A stretch of 63,246 bases of DNA, counting the filler. It is 4 parts of 4 records of this genome, joined end to end, with 100 filler letters (N's around TTAATTAATTAA, not from the genome) between each part and the next. Parts side by side here need not be neighbours in the genome. Positions count along the whole stretch, not along the records: positions 1 to 23,207 come from DRR723986_1274; 3 more parts are not named here. The stretch is one strand, 5' to 3'. The notes below the pieces were generated by a model, which was not told the DNA's origin, searched no databases, and was given only the letters and a program-made list of their open reading frames with translations. Shown piece by piece: positions 10,428 to 20,621 of the stretch. Numbering within the stretch: position 1 is the first letter of the stretch; each line of letters starts with the position of its first letter. The translations under genes and the position numbers were made by a program.

Positions 10428-10593
10428 GAAAGGTCTCTAAAGCCCAATCGGGCTCAGGCTGCAGCCAAACAGCCATACAGCTTGATGCTAGTCGCCAGAG
10501 TGGTGGTTTGCGCCGTACCAATGACCAACAGATAGCACAGACGCTTGTCAGAACACGCTAGTTCCAAATGTTCTGGAAATCCGGCCCAAAGCA

Positions 10594-10614
10594 GTAGGCA
10601 CGCTCCGCCGTGCC
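10594..10614 (+). repeat. GTAG-type REP-like palindrome
   Basis: GTA-GGCACG-ctccgc-CGTGCC, intergenic. Confidence 0.5.
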
Positions 10615-10728
10615 GTTCCTAAATCACGGTGGGGACCACCGCGTTACATACTCTGCGACTAGAAATACGATTTCGCACCCTACGTTCTTCCTGCCACCTC
10701 AACCACAACACCGGGGGGCGCGCAACCC

Positions 10729-10751
10729 GTAGTGCAGGCAGCTTGCCTGCA
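10729..10751 (+). repeat. GTAG-type REP-like palindrome
   Basis: GTAG-TGCAGGCA-gct-TGCCTGCA (perfect 8-bp stem), intergenic. Confidence 0.55.
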
Positions 10752-10896
10752 ATCCACGGTCTCGCTGTAGAACTGCAGTTTTCCATCAGCCCTCGCGAAG
10801 AACCGATCGCTGCATCCATCCGCCTGTCGAAAAACCTTCCGTTGCCTGCTTGATATCTTTGCAGTAACAACAGCCATCCCACACGCCGGACCCGAC

Positions 10897-11706
10897 CTAG
10901 CCCTTCAGGAGTGACAGTACCTGGTCGTGCACAAGCCCGTTGCTGCCAACGCCATTGCCTTCGAAAACACTCGGCTTGCCGCCCCAGCAAGTAAATTTCC
11001 CGCCCGCTTCCTCGACAACCGGCTGAACCGCCGCTAGATCCCAGGGATTCGCAATCGGGTCAACCATTACTTCGGCTCGTCCGGTGGCTACCAACAAGTA
11101 TCCATAGCCATCGCCCCATGATCGGGTGATGAAGGCTTCGCGTTCGACGTTTTGGTACCCCTGCCCTGCTCCATGCTTTGCGAACGAATCAACTTGCGAA
11201 ACAACGAATAGACCGCGCTCAAGCGGCTTGGATGAGACACGCGTCTGCGCAAACCCTGCTCCGGAGGAATGCCAACACGCTTTACCAACCGCTGCACAAA
11301 CCATCTCCTTCAGGCCTGGAATATAGATCACCCCCGCGACGCACTTGCCTTCGGTAACGACTCCAACCAATGTCGAATACAGCGGAACACCGGAGATGAA
11401 GCTCTTTGTGCCATCAATCGGATCGACTATCCATTGATACTCCGTCGAACCACCCTGCTCACCGAACTCTTCACCCAAGATGGCGTCGTCTGGATACAGT
11501 GTCGCGAGCTCTGCCCGGATCTTCTGCTCAGCATTCTTGTCTGCCACTGTCACCGGAGAATTGTCTCCCTTGATCTCAACCTCAGTTGTATTCTTTTGAA
11601 AATACTCCAGTGTCGAGTCGCCGGCCAACACGGCCAACTTCAAAGCCGCAGCCATTCTCCCGCCGTGCTCATCGCGGACTTCGGATGGAATCGTTTCAAA
11701 ATCCAT
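10897..11706 (-). CDS. hisN: Histidinol-phosphatase, inositol monophosphatase family
   Basis: K-x-D-N-SPVTVAD, GEEFG, WIVDPIDGTKSF, WGDGYGY and WDLAA motifs. Confidence 0.8.
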   Translation of the reverse strand: MDFETIPSEVRDEHGGRMAAALKLAVLAGDSTLEYFQKNTTEVEIKGDNSPVTVADKNAEQKIRAELATLYPDDAILGEEFGEQGGSTEYQWIVDPIDGTKSFISGVPLYSTLVGVVTEGKCVAGVIYIPGLKEMVCAAVGKACWHSSGAGFAQTRVSSKPLERGLFVVSQVDSFAKHGAGQGYQNVEREAFITRSWGDGYGYLLVATGRAEVMVDPIANPWDLAAVQPVVEEAGGKFTCWGGKPSVFEGNGVGSNGLVHDQVLSLLKG

Positions 11707-11841
11707 TGTGTACTCCAGGTATATTTTCCGTGGGCTTACTGCAAGCGCCGGTTCAAGATGAAAACTGCATCGGATGGTGCCGCGTCCGCTCGAAAAGGGA
11801 CGGGCTGCGATCGGAAGGAAATCTACTCCGAACGTGCCAGC

Positions 11842-14475
11842 CTACGGTGATAGGATGTAGTCACCATCACCTAGAAAGCTGCCATCAACGTGGGCTCCAA
11901 CCATACTGTAGCCTTGCTCAAGCACATAGTACCGCCAGCCCAATTCCGGAGAATCAGCATTGACCATGTAGAAGCTCTGATCGCCGGGATAAAGGCACAA
12001 TCGCTTACCATCTTGCGAGCGTTCGACAGTTCGCAGCTTGATACCAAATTGAGTCTGTAGGGACTCTCGTTCTGATTCAGCCGAAACGCTAACTTGCCGT
12101 CCGAGCCAGCCCTGCCAAGCGACCGGGCCAAAACCTTCGAGTTTCCATACTTGGCTGTCGTCAACTTCGACCGCCTTCCACGTGCCGACATCCAAGAGCT
12201 GGAAGGGCCGAGTGAAGACACAACGAATCCTCGATGAATCGTCACTGAACTGATAGCGCCGATCGGCTGCGATATTTCCGTTATCGTCGTCGATACGATG
12301 CAGTAGGCTGCCGTCGGCGAGGCTCCAAATCAACGTGTACTGCGTACCATATTGTGCAATCACCATCGAACTGTCAGGGCTAATCAAGACGTCAGGCATG
12401 AGGCGGCGAGTTCTGTGTGTGATCTCAATTCGCGGATCCCCCTTGGTCTCATCTTGAAGAACATGCTCAAGCTGTCCTGTCGCCACGTTGACGACCTGCA
12501 GAATCCGTGATCGCCCGTTCACCACAACCTTGGATCCGTCGGGCGTGAAAGTGACCGCAGGCACACCGTACTGTCGCTCTATTCCAAACGGCATTCCCAA
12601 ACGCCACGTAACACCCTCCTTTGCCCGATTCCACAGGTGCAATTCATAGCCTCGACCAGTTTGAGCCGCTCGGACAAGCAGAGCCAGCCTGCTTGAATCG
12701 CTCGACCAAGCCATCGCCTCTGGTGCAACCGCCTGGTATGACTTGCCGAGCCACGGAAGCGACTTGCCAGTGAGTAAATCCCAAGCCTGGAAAGTGCGTG
12801 GACCGTGAATGGAAAGTGCCAGCACTCCATCCGGACTGACCAGTGACTGCCCACGTTCAAGCTTCATGCGCTCGGCTTCCTGCCCATCACTTTGCAGTTG
12901 GCCCGTTCGTGCATCCCAAATCTTCACCTGCGTATTCTTCCCGGCACTGTAAACGAATCGCCCGTTCGGCGAGAACCGAACACGCCGCACTTGATCATCA
13001 TTCGGCGGCGTTGCTCCGGAGTAGCGTCGCTCCGGAAAGAGTCGAAATCGCCGCTTAACTTCCCTCAAATCCCAAACGACATATCCCCCGCGAAACTGAG
13101 TGATTGCCTGTTCCATTTTGTCATCAAACACCAGCCGACTTGGGTTTACGCCTGGGCTCGCAATCTCGCTAAGCACAGTTGCGTCGTTGGCATCCAACAG
13201 CAGACCAACGTGACTTGGCGACCGACCAGAACTAGCAACAGTCCCGTGCACCAAGACGCGGTCACCGGTGGGCGACAGTTCTGTGCGTGAGAGAGTCACT
13301 TCCGGCCGATTGGCACCAAACTTTTGCCTGCTACCACCACGACGAAGTAGATACGGCCCGACAAGCAGCTCGTCGCCACTGCGACTTGCCATAGCAACTG
13401 ATCGCATCGAATCCCCCGAACCTGACTCATTCGGCACCTGGCTACCGAATTCGGCTGGCGAAATCAAGGAAACGGTCTTCGCTTGCAAGTCGTAGCGAGA
13501 GACAGCCCGTTCGCCACGAGCGTCAAGGACCTTGCTGCCCTTGTGAAATTCAAGTTCTCGGACGGGCTCAGGCGATTCGAATTCATCGATCAACTCACCA
13601 CCGGGCAAGCTGTACAGCCTAACTTTCTGCTGACCGATCCCCAGGGCACAAATCGACCCGTCCTCGCTCCAGGCAGGAGAATCTCCATCGAGCCAGCAAT
13701 GCCCCTTGAGACGCAACTCTCCAGACTGGCAGTCGAAAACGCTCACGTCGATCGTCGAATCCCCCGTGTCGGGCCAGTGGCGGACAACTACCCAACGCCC
13801 ACAGGGACTGAGCTGTACCGAATCCCAGTAATCAACCGCGACTTGACCAATGTCAGCTCCCCCTGCGCCGGTCGGCTCAACCGCTTGCACCAGAAACCTG
13901 CGATTCGATACGGATACGGCAATCGGCCCGAATTCTTGATGAAAGCCAACAGCGACGAAGTAAGCGTTTGCGGGGGCTTGCGCGGTCGCCCCTTCGACAA
14001 CCGACGCACCATTTATCGCAAAGCATTGCACCGACTGGCCATCGGACACGACATATCGGTCACGCTCTGCACTGGCTGCATGAAAGACCCGGCCAGGCTG
14101 CTCAGAGTCGCTGCGCTGGCTAACGCCCTCAAACAGTTTTCCGGAAGCTGTGCTGTAGAGCCGCCCAGCAACCAACACGGCCCGATCGCCTTGCATAAAG
14201 ATGGGCGGTGAGCCAGCCACCGTAGGGAACCGCGCGATGCACCTACCATCCACAGCGTTCCAAAGGATAGACTGCGGTCCAGCGGGATCGTTGACCGCAG
14301 TCGTAATCAGAAACCGGTCGTCGTCAGAGAACAACCCGTCGCTAACCTGAGAAGCATGCCCGAGCTGTACCGCCAAAGTCGCGGCGGAGTTGCCGCGCTG
14401 CACGGCCTGCTGCCACAAGAGCAAGCCAGCAAAGAGAACAACGAACAGCGTCGCAACGGAAAGTCTTGCATACAT
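11842..14475 (-). CDS. Membrane-anchored/secreted WD40-repeat beta-propeller protein
   Basis: N-terminal hydrophobic helix; repeated FSPNG/FTPDG/SPDS...(W)D units. Confidence 0.75.
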   Translation of the reverse strand: MYARLSVATLFVVLFAGLLLWQQAVQRGNSAATLAVQLGHASQVSDGLFSDDDRFLITTAVNDPAGPQSILWNAVDGRCIARFPTVAGSPPIFMQGDRAVLVAGRLYSTASGKLFEGVSQRSDSEQPGRVFHAASAERDRYVVSDGQSVQCFAINGASVVEGATAQAPANAYFVAVGFHQEFGPIAVSVSNRRFLVQAVEPTGAGGADIGQVAVDYWDSVQLSPCGRWVVVRHWPDTGDSTIDVSVFDCQSGELRLKGHCWLDGDSPAWSEDGSICALGIGQQKVRLYSLPGGELIDEFESPEPVRELEFHKGSKVLDARGERAVSRYDLQAKTVSLISPAEFGSQVPNESGSGDSMRSVAMASRSGDELLVGPYLLRRGGSRQKFGANRPEVTLSRTELSPTGDRVLVHGTVASSGRSPSHVGLLLDANDATVLSEIASPGVNPSRLVFDDKMEQAITQFRGGYVVWDLREVKRRFRLFPERRYSGATPPNDDQVRRVRFSPNGRFVYSAGKNTQVKIWDARTGQLQSDGQEAERMKLERGQSLVSPDGVLALSIHGPRTFQAWDLLTGKSLPWLGKSYQAVAPEAMAWSSDSSRLALLVRAAQTGRGYELHLWNRAKEGVTWRLGMPFGIERQYGVPAVTFTPDGSKVVVNGRSRILQVVNVATGQLEHVLQDETKGDPRIEITHRTRRLMPDVLISPDSSMVIAQYGTQYTLIWSLADGSLLHRIDDDNGNIAADRRYQFSDDSSRIRCVFTRPFQLLDVGTWKAVEVDDSQVWKLEGFGPVAWQGWLGRQVSVSAESERESLQTQFGIKLRTVERSQDGKRLCLYPGDQSFYMVNADSPELGWRYYVLEQGYSMVGAHVDGSFLGDGDYILSP

Positions 14476-14485
14476 GCGTACGCTC

Positions 14486-16153
14486 CTAGCGTTGGCGCCC
14501 TTCTCCAGCGGCGTAACGTTTCATTTGCTGAGCCGCCGACTCACTGTCAATGTCCACATCAGTATTGGTTGCCCATGCTATTCCTCGCATCAACAACGCG
14601 CAGAACGCTGGCTGCTCAAACTCAGCTTCGTGCCCCAACGATGTGTAGAAGGACCGACCGCCGTCTTGACGCACAAACGTCCAGGCTAGCGGATGCGGCG
14701 ATTCGTCCGGAACCACGCCTTCCATCAAAGCGATGGCGCCCGGAGCGAGCGGTACATTGCGGTAAAGCGAGCCTCCAGGTTCGATTCCCCCCAGATCGGT
14801 GGCATCAATTGCCGCCAAATCGGGCTCGAGCACCGTGAGCTTCGTCTTGAGCGAATTCCCGAAGTGCCCATCGTAGGCGCCGCCCCAAACTTCACGATCG
14901 AATTCCGGCCAAACAGCGTGCCCCGCAGGAGGATCCTCTTTCCGCAATGCGAATGCGTGGCTAGCCGTGCGGATGCCGATGACAGGCTTTCCAGCCGCAA
15001 CAAACGCTTGAATGAGCCCAAGGTCCTCCGCCGGCAAAGCCCTTCTCCGGACACTGATCAAGACTGCGTCTGCTCGCTTGATCGCATCGACGTTTACGAT
15101 CTGATTGCGTTCCTGCCGGCTGCCAAACGCGTACTCAACGCGATAGTGTTGCCCGAGATGTTCGCGGGCAAATTGCGGCAGTGTAATCTCAGTCTTGTAC
15201 TCGTCTTCGGCGATGATCATCAACAACGTCTTGCGAGCGTCACCGCGAAAACGATGCGGCGAACCGCCGAGAATCTGATCGCTTGAAACCGTAGGACAGA
15301 CGAAACGCTCGACGTGTGAGACGATCAAATCCGTCCCTGTAAAGTGACTCACATAGGGCCACTGCTTCGGATCATACATTGTATCGGTCAGGTCTCGTAC
15401 CAAGACTACATTCTTGCCCGCCTGCGCGAGGCGCCGCAGTCCGAAGGGCCGTCCAAGCACACACATGTTGGTATGTACGCCCAGAAGCATCACGTTATCT
15501 ATCCCCTTCGCCTGCAGCAAACTCCAAATGAGAGCCCCGTCGTCACAGATGTAATCCTTTGTGCCGTCGATGTGGATCGCCTTGGTTTGACGGGTCCATG
15601 GCTTCCCCGGATCCAGCCCGGCTGACTGGAGCACCGCCTCCCACATCGCGTGATCTGCAGGGGCGTCATCTTCGCCACCGGCGGATTGGTCGAGCGGATA
15701 CTCGGCCGCTTCCTCAGTGGGTATTTGGTCGCACCAAGAACCGATGTCCGCAGGTAAGTCCTTGGCAAGCTTGACGTCGAGGGCTCTCTTCCTCGCTGCG
15801 TGCTCACTATAAAAATCCATACAGCCGCTTGGAGCATGGACGATTGTCGCTCCGCGATCTCGCAATATACTCGCAAGCTCATCGATCCGAGGTGCAATCT
15901 CCGCAGCTCGACGAACCGCGCTGACGCAGTGATGGGAGTCCCACATATCGCAGACGATCACGGCAGTTCGCTTGGGATCCCAGGACTCATCTTTTTGATG
16001 CACATGGTAGTTCTGGGAATTGTCAGCAACCTTGACTTGCGTTTGCAGGACCAGTTGAAGGTGGTCGTCAGCTACAGCGCTCGCACAGCACGAAGTAAGA
16101 ACGACTAGAGCTAGAGCATGTTGGACGAAACGACGACAGACTGAAACAAGCAT
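14486..16153 (-). CDS. Secreted isochorismatase-family cysteine hydrolase fused to ThuA-like domain
   Basis: Signal peptide; IVCDMWD...GVHTNMCV (Asp/Cys of triad); C-terminal GIRTASHAF and GRSFYTSLGH ThuA motifs. Confidence 0.8.
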   Translation of the reverse strand: MLVSVCRRFVQHALALVVLTSCCASAVADDHLQLVLQTQVKVADNSQNYHVHQKDESWDPKRTAVIVCDMWDSHHCVSAVRRAAEIAPRIDELASILRDRGATIVHAPSGCMDFYSEHAARKRALDVKLAKDLPADIGSWCDQIPTEEAAEYPLDQSAGGEDDAPADHAMWEAVLQSAGLDPGKPWTRQTKAIHIDGTKDYICDDGALIWSLLQAKGIDNVMLLGVHTNMCVLGRPFGLRRLAQAGKNVVLVRDLTDTMYDPKQWPYVSHFTGTDLIVSHVERFVCPTVSSDQILGGSPHRFRGDARKTLLMIIAEDEYKTEITLPQFAREHLGQHYRVEYAFGSRQERNQIVNVDAIKRADAVLISVRRRALPAEDLGLIQAFVAAGKPVIGIRTASHAFALRKEDPPAGHAVWPEFDREVWGGAYDGHFGNSLKTKLTVLEPDLAAIDATDLGGIEPGGSLYRNVPLAPGAIALMEGVVPDESPHPLAWTFVRQDGGRSFYTSLGHEAEFEQPAFCALLMRGIAWATNTDVDIDSESAAQQMKRYAAGEGRQR

Positions 16154-16354
16154 GGTATTTGGATCACGACTAGGCAGGTAACGAGACGCTCAAGTGCGCT
16201 GGAGAGCTCCTGCAGATGGTATGCTGCGGCACTGCTCTAGCAGAATGAACTACGACGCCCGATTGTAGCATGACCAGGACTTGCATTGCGGAGCGAGACG
16301 CTGGCTTCGACCGAGGCAAACCGCTTTAATGGGCGAGCAACGGGCAGTGCGAAT

Positions 16355-17023
16355 CTAGTCCTCGCCAACGTCGCGCTGAAGCCTCCGCAGTTCATCGCGG
16401 GTATTGAAACTCACTGCTTGTGGTTGGTCGCTCGCGAACAAAACAGAAACGGGCCGAGTTCTACCAGGTTCGTCGCTGCATACTGTTTTATTACTGCGCA
16501 GTATATCCAGGAACTTGCACAACCCTAGCTCTCCGGATGCAATGGAGTCATTGAGAGGCTTGAGGCATCGAGTGTGGTACAGCCCCGGTAGCGGCTGCAG
16601 TCGATCATCTGCATCGCCAAAGATAGAGGCAAATGCGGTCGCAGCAGTTGCTTCGGAGAGCAATGAAAACCAGGCCGGTCGCCACACGAATTGATCTCCA
16701 GGGACGAGCAGAAACCAACCTTCGCCGCGTACTTCTTTTCGATTCGCGGCTGCAGCATGAAGCCCAGCGATTGGGCCCTTGCCGACCGCGTCTGTGACGA
16801 CCGGAACTGAAACCTGATCGCCCACCTCTGCCGACTTTACCACGATGCTGGTGGCGAAACCTTCACCGGCGAGAAAGTCCAAGATGCGATCAAGCTGGCG
16901 GCGGCCGTCGATTCGGTGCTGCAACTTGTTGGATCCAAATCGTCGGCTCTCACCGCCGGCCAGCACGTAAGCAGGGCAGTCAACGATTTGCAGTTTCCGA
17001 GTTGAAGATTCGCGGTCCGCCAT
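16355..17023 (-). CDS. mobA: Molybdenum cofactor guanylyltransferase
   Basis: VLAGGESRRFGSNK, GPIAG, QPLPGLY, FNT motifs. Confidence 0.8.
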   Translation of the reverse strand: MADRESSTRKLQIVDCPAYVLAGGESRRFGSNKLQHRIDGRRQLDRILDFLAGEGFATSIVVKSAEVGDQVSVPVVTDAVGKGPIAGLHAAAANRKEVRGEGWFLLVPGDQFVWRPAWFSLLSEATAATAFASIFGDADDRLQPLPGLYHTRCLKPLNDSIASGELGLCKFLDILRSNKTVCSDEPGRTRPVSVLFASDQPQAVSFNTRDELRRLQRDVGED

Positions 17024-17026
17024 GCG

Positions 17027-17440
17027 TCAACTCGACACTTGGCCGTCTGATGGAGTCAGCAAACCTGACAGGGCAACCATGATCCAAGCAAGGATGAAAC
17101 AACCACCTCCAGCGGGAACGATCGCCCAATGCCCCATAACGCCTGCCAGGACCATGCTATAAAGTCCGCCACAGAACAGAGCTAGGCCTGCAAGAAAGAA
17201 AACGACGGCCACACTAATAAGTTTCGACCGCGGTGCGCTGTAACCAATTGCCAACAAAGCAAGAGCGTGAATCATATGATAACGCACCGCGATGTCGCAT
17301 TGCCGGATTCGATTGGCAACTTCAGACGCATCTAATCCCTGCTCCACAAGTGACTTTTCTAATCCATGCGCGCCGTAGGCCCCGAGCACTACGCCTAGGG
17401 CACCAACGACTCCTGCAACCAAAACGACGAACCTGTGCAT
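17027..17440 (-). CDS. DUF423 (YgdD/TMEM256-like) membrane protein
   Basis: GAYGAHGL, AVRYHMIHALALL, LFCGGLY, PAGG; start set at ATG 17440 (GTG 17449 also possible). Confidence 0.85.
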   Translation of the reverse strand: MHRFVVLVAGVVGALGVVLGAYGAHGLEKSLVEQGLDASEVANRIRQCDIAVRYHMIHALALLAIGYSAPRSKLISVAVVFFLAGLALFCGGLYSMVLAGVMGHWAIVPAGGGCFILAWIMVALSGLLTPSDGQVSS

Positions 17441-17494
17441 GAAGCTCACTTCTAATGCGTGAATAACAAGGAATTAAATTGTTAGGCAAAATAG

Positions 17495-19012
17495 CTATAG
17501 CGCGTAGATCGGCTCCAGCTTTCCACGAAGGTAGCTAACAAGTGCATCGGCGGAGCATTTCTGCCCCGTAGCGAGCTCGACCACCTCCGCACTCGTCTTC
17601 GCACCGCCCAGCTTATGCACGTTCTGTTGCATCCAAGTTAGCAGTGGTTCGAATTCGCCGCGGCGTATCAAGGCTTCAACCCCGCCCAAATCGGCGTCGG
17701 CCGACTGCATCAACTGGGCCGCGTACAGGTTGCCGAGCGCGTAGGTTGGGAAATAGCCAACCAGCCCAGCACTCCAGTGAACATCTTGCAGGATACCATC
17801 AGCAGCGCTGGGAGCTTGAACGCCCAAGTACTCTTGGTACCTGTCGTCCCAAGCCTGCGGCGCGTCCGCGACGGCCAGCTCGCCAGAGAGCAACTCTTGC
17901 TCAAGTTCGAAGCGAATCAGAATGTGCAGGTTGTACGTTACCTCGTCGGCTTCAACGCGGATCAACGAAGGCTCAACTAGGTTCGCATCACGATAGATCT
18001 GCTCTGCAGAAAGCCCGTCCCATGCACCGCCAGCCAAGGATGCTACTTCGGGTGCGGCCCAATCCCAGAACGGCCGACTGCGCCCAACAAAATTCTCCCA
18101 CAGTCGAGATTGTGATTCATGGAGCCCCAGTCCAGCAGCCTGCCCTGGCGGCAGTCCAAACCACTCTTTTGGCAAGCCCTGTTCGTAGGTGCCATGGCCC
18201 GCTTCGTGTAACGATCCAAACAAACCGCTCGCGGTAAACTTGTGATCGTAGCGAGTCAAGATTCGGCAATCATCGGGACCAAGCGTTGTGCAGAACGGAT
18301 GACTGGTTTCGTCCAGTCGCCCACGCGTGAAACTGAATCCGATCTTTTCGCAAACCCAATGACTAATCTCGCGTTGCCGATCTATTTCCACAGGCCGCCG
18401 GAACGCTTCCCCCGTTGGCCCGTTCTTGCTACCGGCGATCTGTTTGACGAGAGCAACTAGTTTCACGCGCAGATCCGCAAAGGCTACGGTCAAATCGGCG
18501 CTCTTCGCCCCATCTTCATACTCGTCCAGCAGTACGTCGTAGAGGCTGCTAGGGGAATCGTCAGTGGCGAGAATTGAGGCTTCCTCTCGGCGAAGCCGGA
18601 AGACCTCCTCCATAACGGGCTCAAACAATGACCAGTTGTCTTCACGCCGCGCTCGGTCCCAAGCTTGCTGTCCGAGCACAGTTGCCTTGGAGATTGCCTG
18701 CACTAGCTCAAGTGGCAGTTGAGTTTGCCGGCGCAACTTCTTGAGAAGCTTCGCCACACAAGCAGCCACAGTTGCATCGGCTCGGGCGTATTCGCTGTCG
18801 GAAGCGGCGTGAAGCGCGTCGCTATACGCGGTGTCGGTGTTGCGGGCGTGTATCATTCCCGCAAGCAGCGTAATCTGCTCCGCTCGATAACCACCGGCCT
18901 CGGCTGGCAGTCCGGTTCGTTCGTCCCACTGCAGAAGCGCGGAAGTTGCCTCAAGGAGTGCCGTTTCGCGACAATGCTTCTTGACTAGTTCGAACGCGGA
19001 TTCGCCGCCCAT
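17495..19012 (-). CDS. Carboxypeptidase M32 (Taq-like)
   Basis: HPF, HEAGH, HESQ, IRVEADEVTYNLH, QDVHW and GYFPTY motifs. Confidence 0.95.
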   Translation of the reverse strand: MGGESAFELVKKHCRETALLEATSALLQWDERTGLPAEAGGYRAEQITLLAGMIHARNTDTAYSDALHAASDSEYARADATVAACVAKLLKKLRRQTQLPLELVQAISKATVLGQQAWDRARREDNWSLFEPVMEEVFRLRREEASILATDDSPSSLYDVLLDEYEDGAKSADLTVAFADLRVKLVALVKQIAGSKNGPTGEAFRRPVEIDRQREISHWVCEKIGFSFTRGRLDETSHPFCTTLGPDDCRILTRYDHKFTASGLFGSLHEAGHGTYEQGLPKEWFGLPPGQAAGLGLHESQSRLWENFVGRSRPFWDWAAPEVASLAGGAWDGLSAEQIYRDANLVEPSLIRVEADEVTYNLHILIRFELEQELLSGELAVADAPQAWDDRYQEYLGVQAPSAADGILQDVHWSAGLVGYFPTYALGNLYAAQLMQSADADLGGVEALIRRGEFEPLLTWMQQNVHKLGGAKTSAEVVELATGQKCSADALVSYLRGKLEPIYAL

Positions 19013-19179
19013 TCATTCACCCTTCCGTTGGCGTTATTGCTGTTGAGGCAGCTTGTCATGAAGTTGATTCAAGAGCCAACAAAGCTCAAGAACCAACATG
19101 TTGGGCCGTCGCCGCCCTGCCTTGCGATTACAGACACGAGGCGACGGCGAGGACGGATACAAAACGATGCAACTAGAAC

Positions 19180-20538
19180 CTAAGCGTATTCGCGATCGGT
19201 GATGATCCCTGGCATTGGAATTGAGTACTTACCGTCGGGGCCTGGCATCAGTGGCGAATCACTTTCGGCAGTCAACAATTCCGTGTTCGGCGAAAACTCA
19301 TGTTCAACATCCATGAAGTCTTCGAGCGTGATGAGCTGCCCGGTGTGCGCTGCCATTCGGCCCATGCTGGTTACGGCACTGGCCATGACGCCACGCTCAA
19401 CTTCGTTGTACGGCTTGTTGGTCTTGATCGCATCGATCAAGTTGTTCCACTCAAGTTGGTACGGGTTCTTTTCTTTGGGGCCGTACTGCCAAGCGATTTC
19501 CTTCTTGGTGTATTTCTGGTTTTCGTAAATCTTGCAACGAGCTGGCGAGTGGGCATTGGCGGAGATGGTCGCTGCACCCTTGGTTCCGTGGGCGTAGCTT
19601 GCAAACTCGCGGTGGCAATTGGGTTGAGTTCGACCATCCAAAAGCAACTTGGCACCGTCGGCGAACGTGTATTCAACGCTGTAGTTGTCGAAGTTCTGAT
19701 CGACCTTATCACCACGATAGTGGCGACCGCCAGAGCCCTTGGCTTCCACTGGCCAGGCGTCTTTCATCCAACAGCATTCGTCGATGTTGTGAATCAAGAA
19801 ATCGCTGTAAGCACCGCCGCTGAGCCAGAGGAAACCGTGGAAGTTGGCGATCTGATACATCAGGTCGTTCATCTTACCTGGATTCGGGGCTACGCTGGCC
19901 GATCCAGTGGGACCAGCCATTCGGTAGGCTCGCAACATGAAAATGTCGCCAATCTCACCATCTTGAATGCGGTCGAACAGCTCATGCCGCGCTTCACAGT
20001 GCCGGCACATTAGGCCAACGCCAACCTTGATGCCTTTCGCATCCGCGTCTTTGGCAAGCGCCAACATCCTTTTGCTAGTCGGTGCATCTGCGGTGACGGG
20101 TTTTTCCATGAACACGTTCAACCCACGCTCGATGGCGTACTTGAACATGACCTCTCGGAATGCGAGCGGTGTGGTCAAGATGACGATGTCACCAGGATTG
20201 AGAAAATCCATAGCCTTCTTATAACCGTCGAAGCCCAAGAACCGCCGCTCTTCGGGCACATCAACTTGCTCTGGAAACTTCGACGAAATATTGTTGTAGC
20301 TCGAATCCAGCTTTGACTTGAAGACGTCGACCATAGCAACCAGCTTGGTTCCGCCGTCGGGAACACTTAGGGCGTTGCTAGCTGCGCCCGTTCCACGTCC
20401 ACCTGCCCCGATGAGGGCTACTTGAATCTCTTCTTTGCCCGCCGCATGAGCGCCTCGGACGGTGCTGATCAAAGTTGAAGCGGCGGCAAGCGAACCGGCC
20501 GTCTTTACGAAACCTCGACGAGAGCTATTGTCGTTCAT
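19180..20538 (-). CDS. Tat-exported Gfo/Idh/MocA family oxidoreductase
   Basis: Start reset to MNDNSSRRGFVK (twin-arginine); IGAGGRG Rossmann motif, MEKP, IHNID. Confidence 0.9.
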   Translation of the reverse strand: MNDNSSRRGFVKTAGSLAAASTLISTVRGAHAAGKEEIQVALIGAGGRGTGAASNALSVPDGGTKLVAMVDVFKSKLDSSYNNISSKFPEQVDVPEERRFLGFDGYKKAMDFLNPGDIVILTTPLAFREVMFKYAIERGLNVFMEKPVTADAPTSKRMLALAKDADAKGIKVGVGLMCRHCEARHELFDRIQDGEIGDIFMLRAYRMAGPTGSASVAPNPGKMNDLMYQIANFHGFLWLSGGAYSDFLIHNIDECCWMKDAWPVEAKGSGGRHYRGDKVDQNFDNYSVEYTFADGAKLLLDGRTQPNCHREFASYAHGTKGAATISANAHSPARCKIYENQKYTKKEIAWQYGPKEKNPYQLEWNNLIDAIKTNKPYNEVERGVMASAVTSMGRMAAHTGQLITLEDFMDVEHEFSPNTELLTAESDSPLMPGPDGKYSIPMPGIITDREYA

Positions 20539-20621
20539 GGTAGTTGTTTCCGTCTTATCGAATAATGAGTCGAACAAGTAAATGAATCGCGAACTGTCCA
20601 CCAAAGGGGCCTTCGCGCGCT

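Noticed and set aside
19105-19148. Inverted repeat GCCGTCGCC...GGCGACGGC after the Gfo gene
   Set aside because: Large loop and no U-tract; not supportable as a terminator or ncRNA
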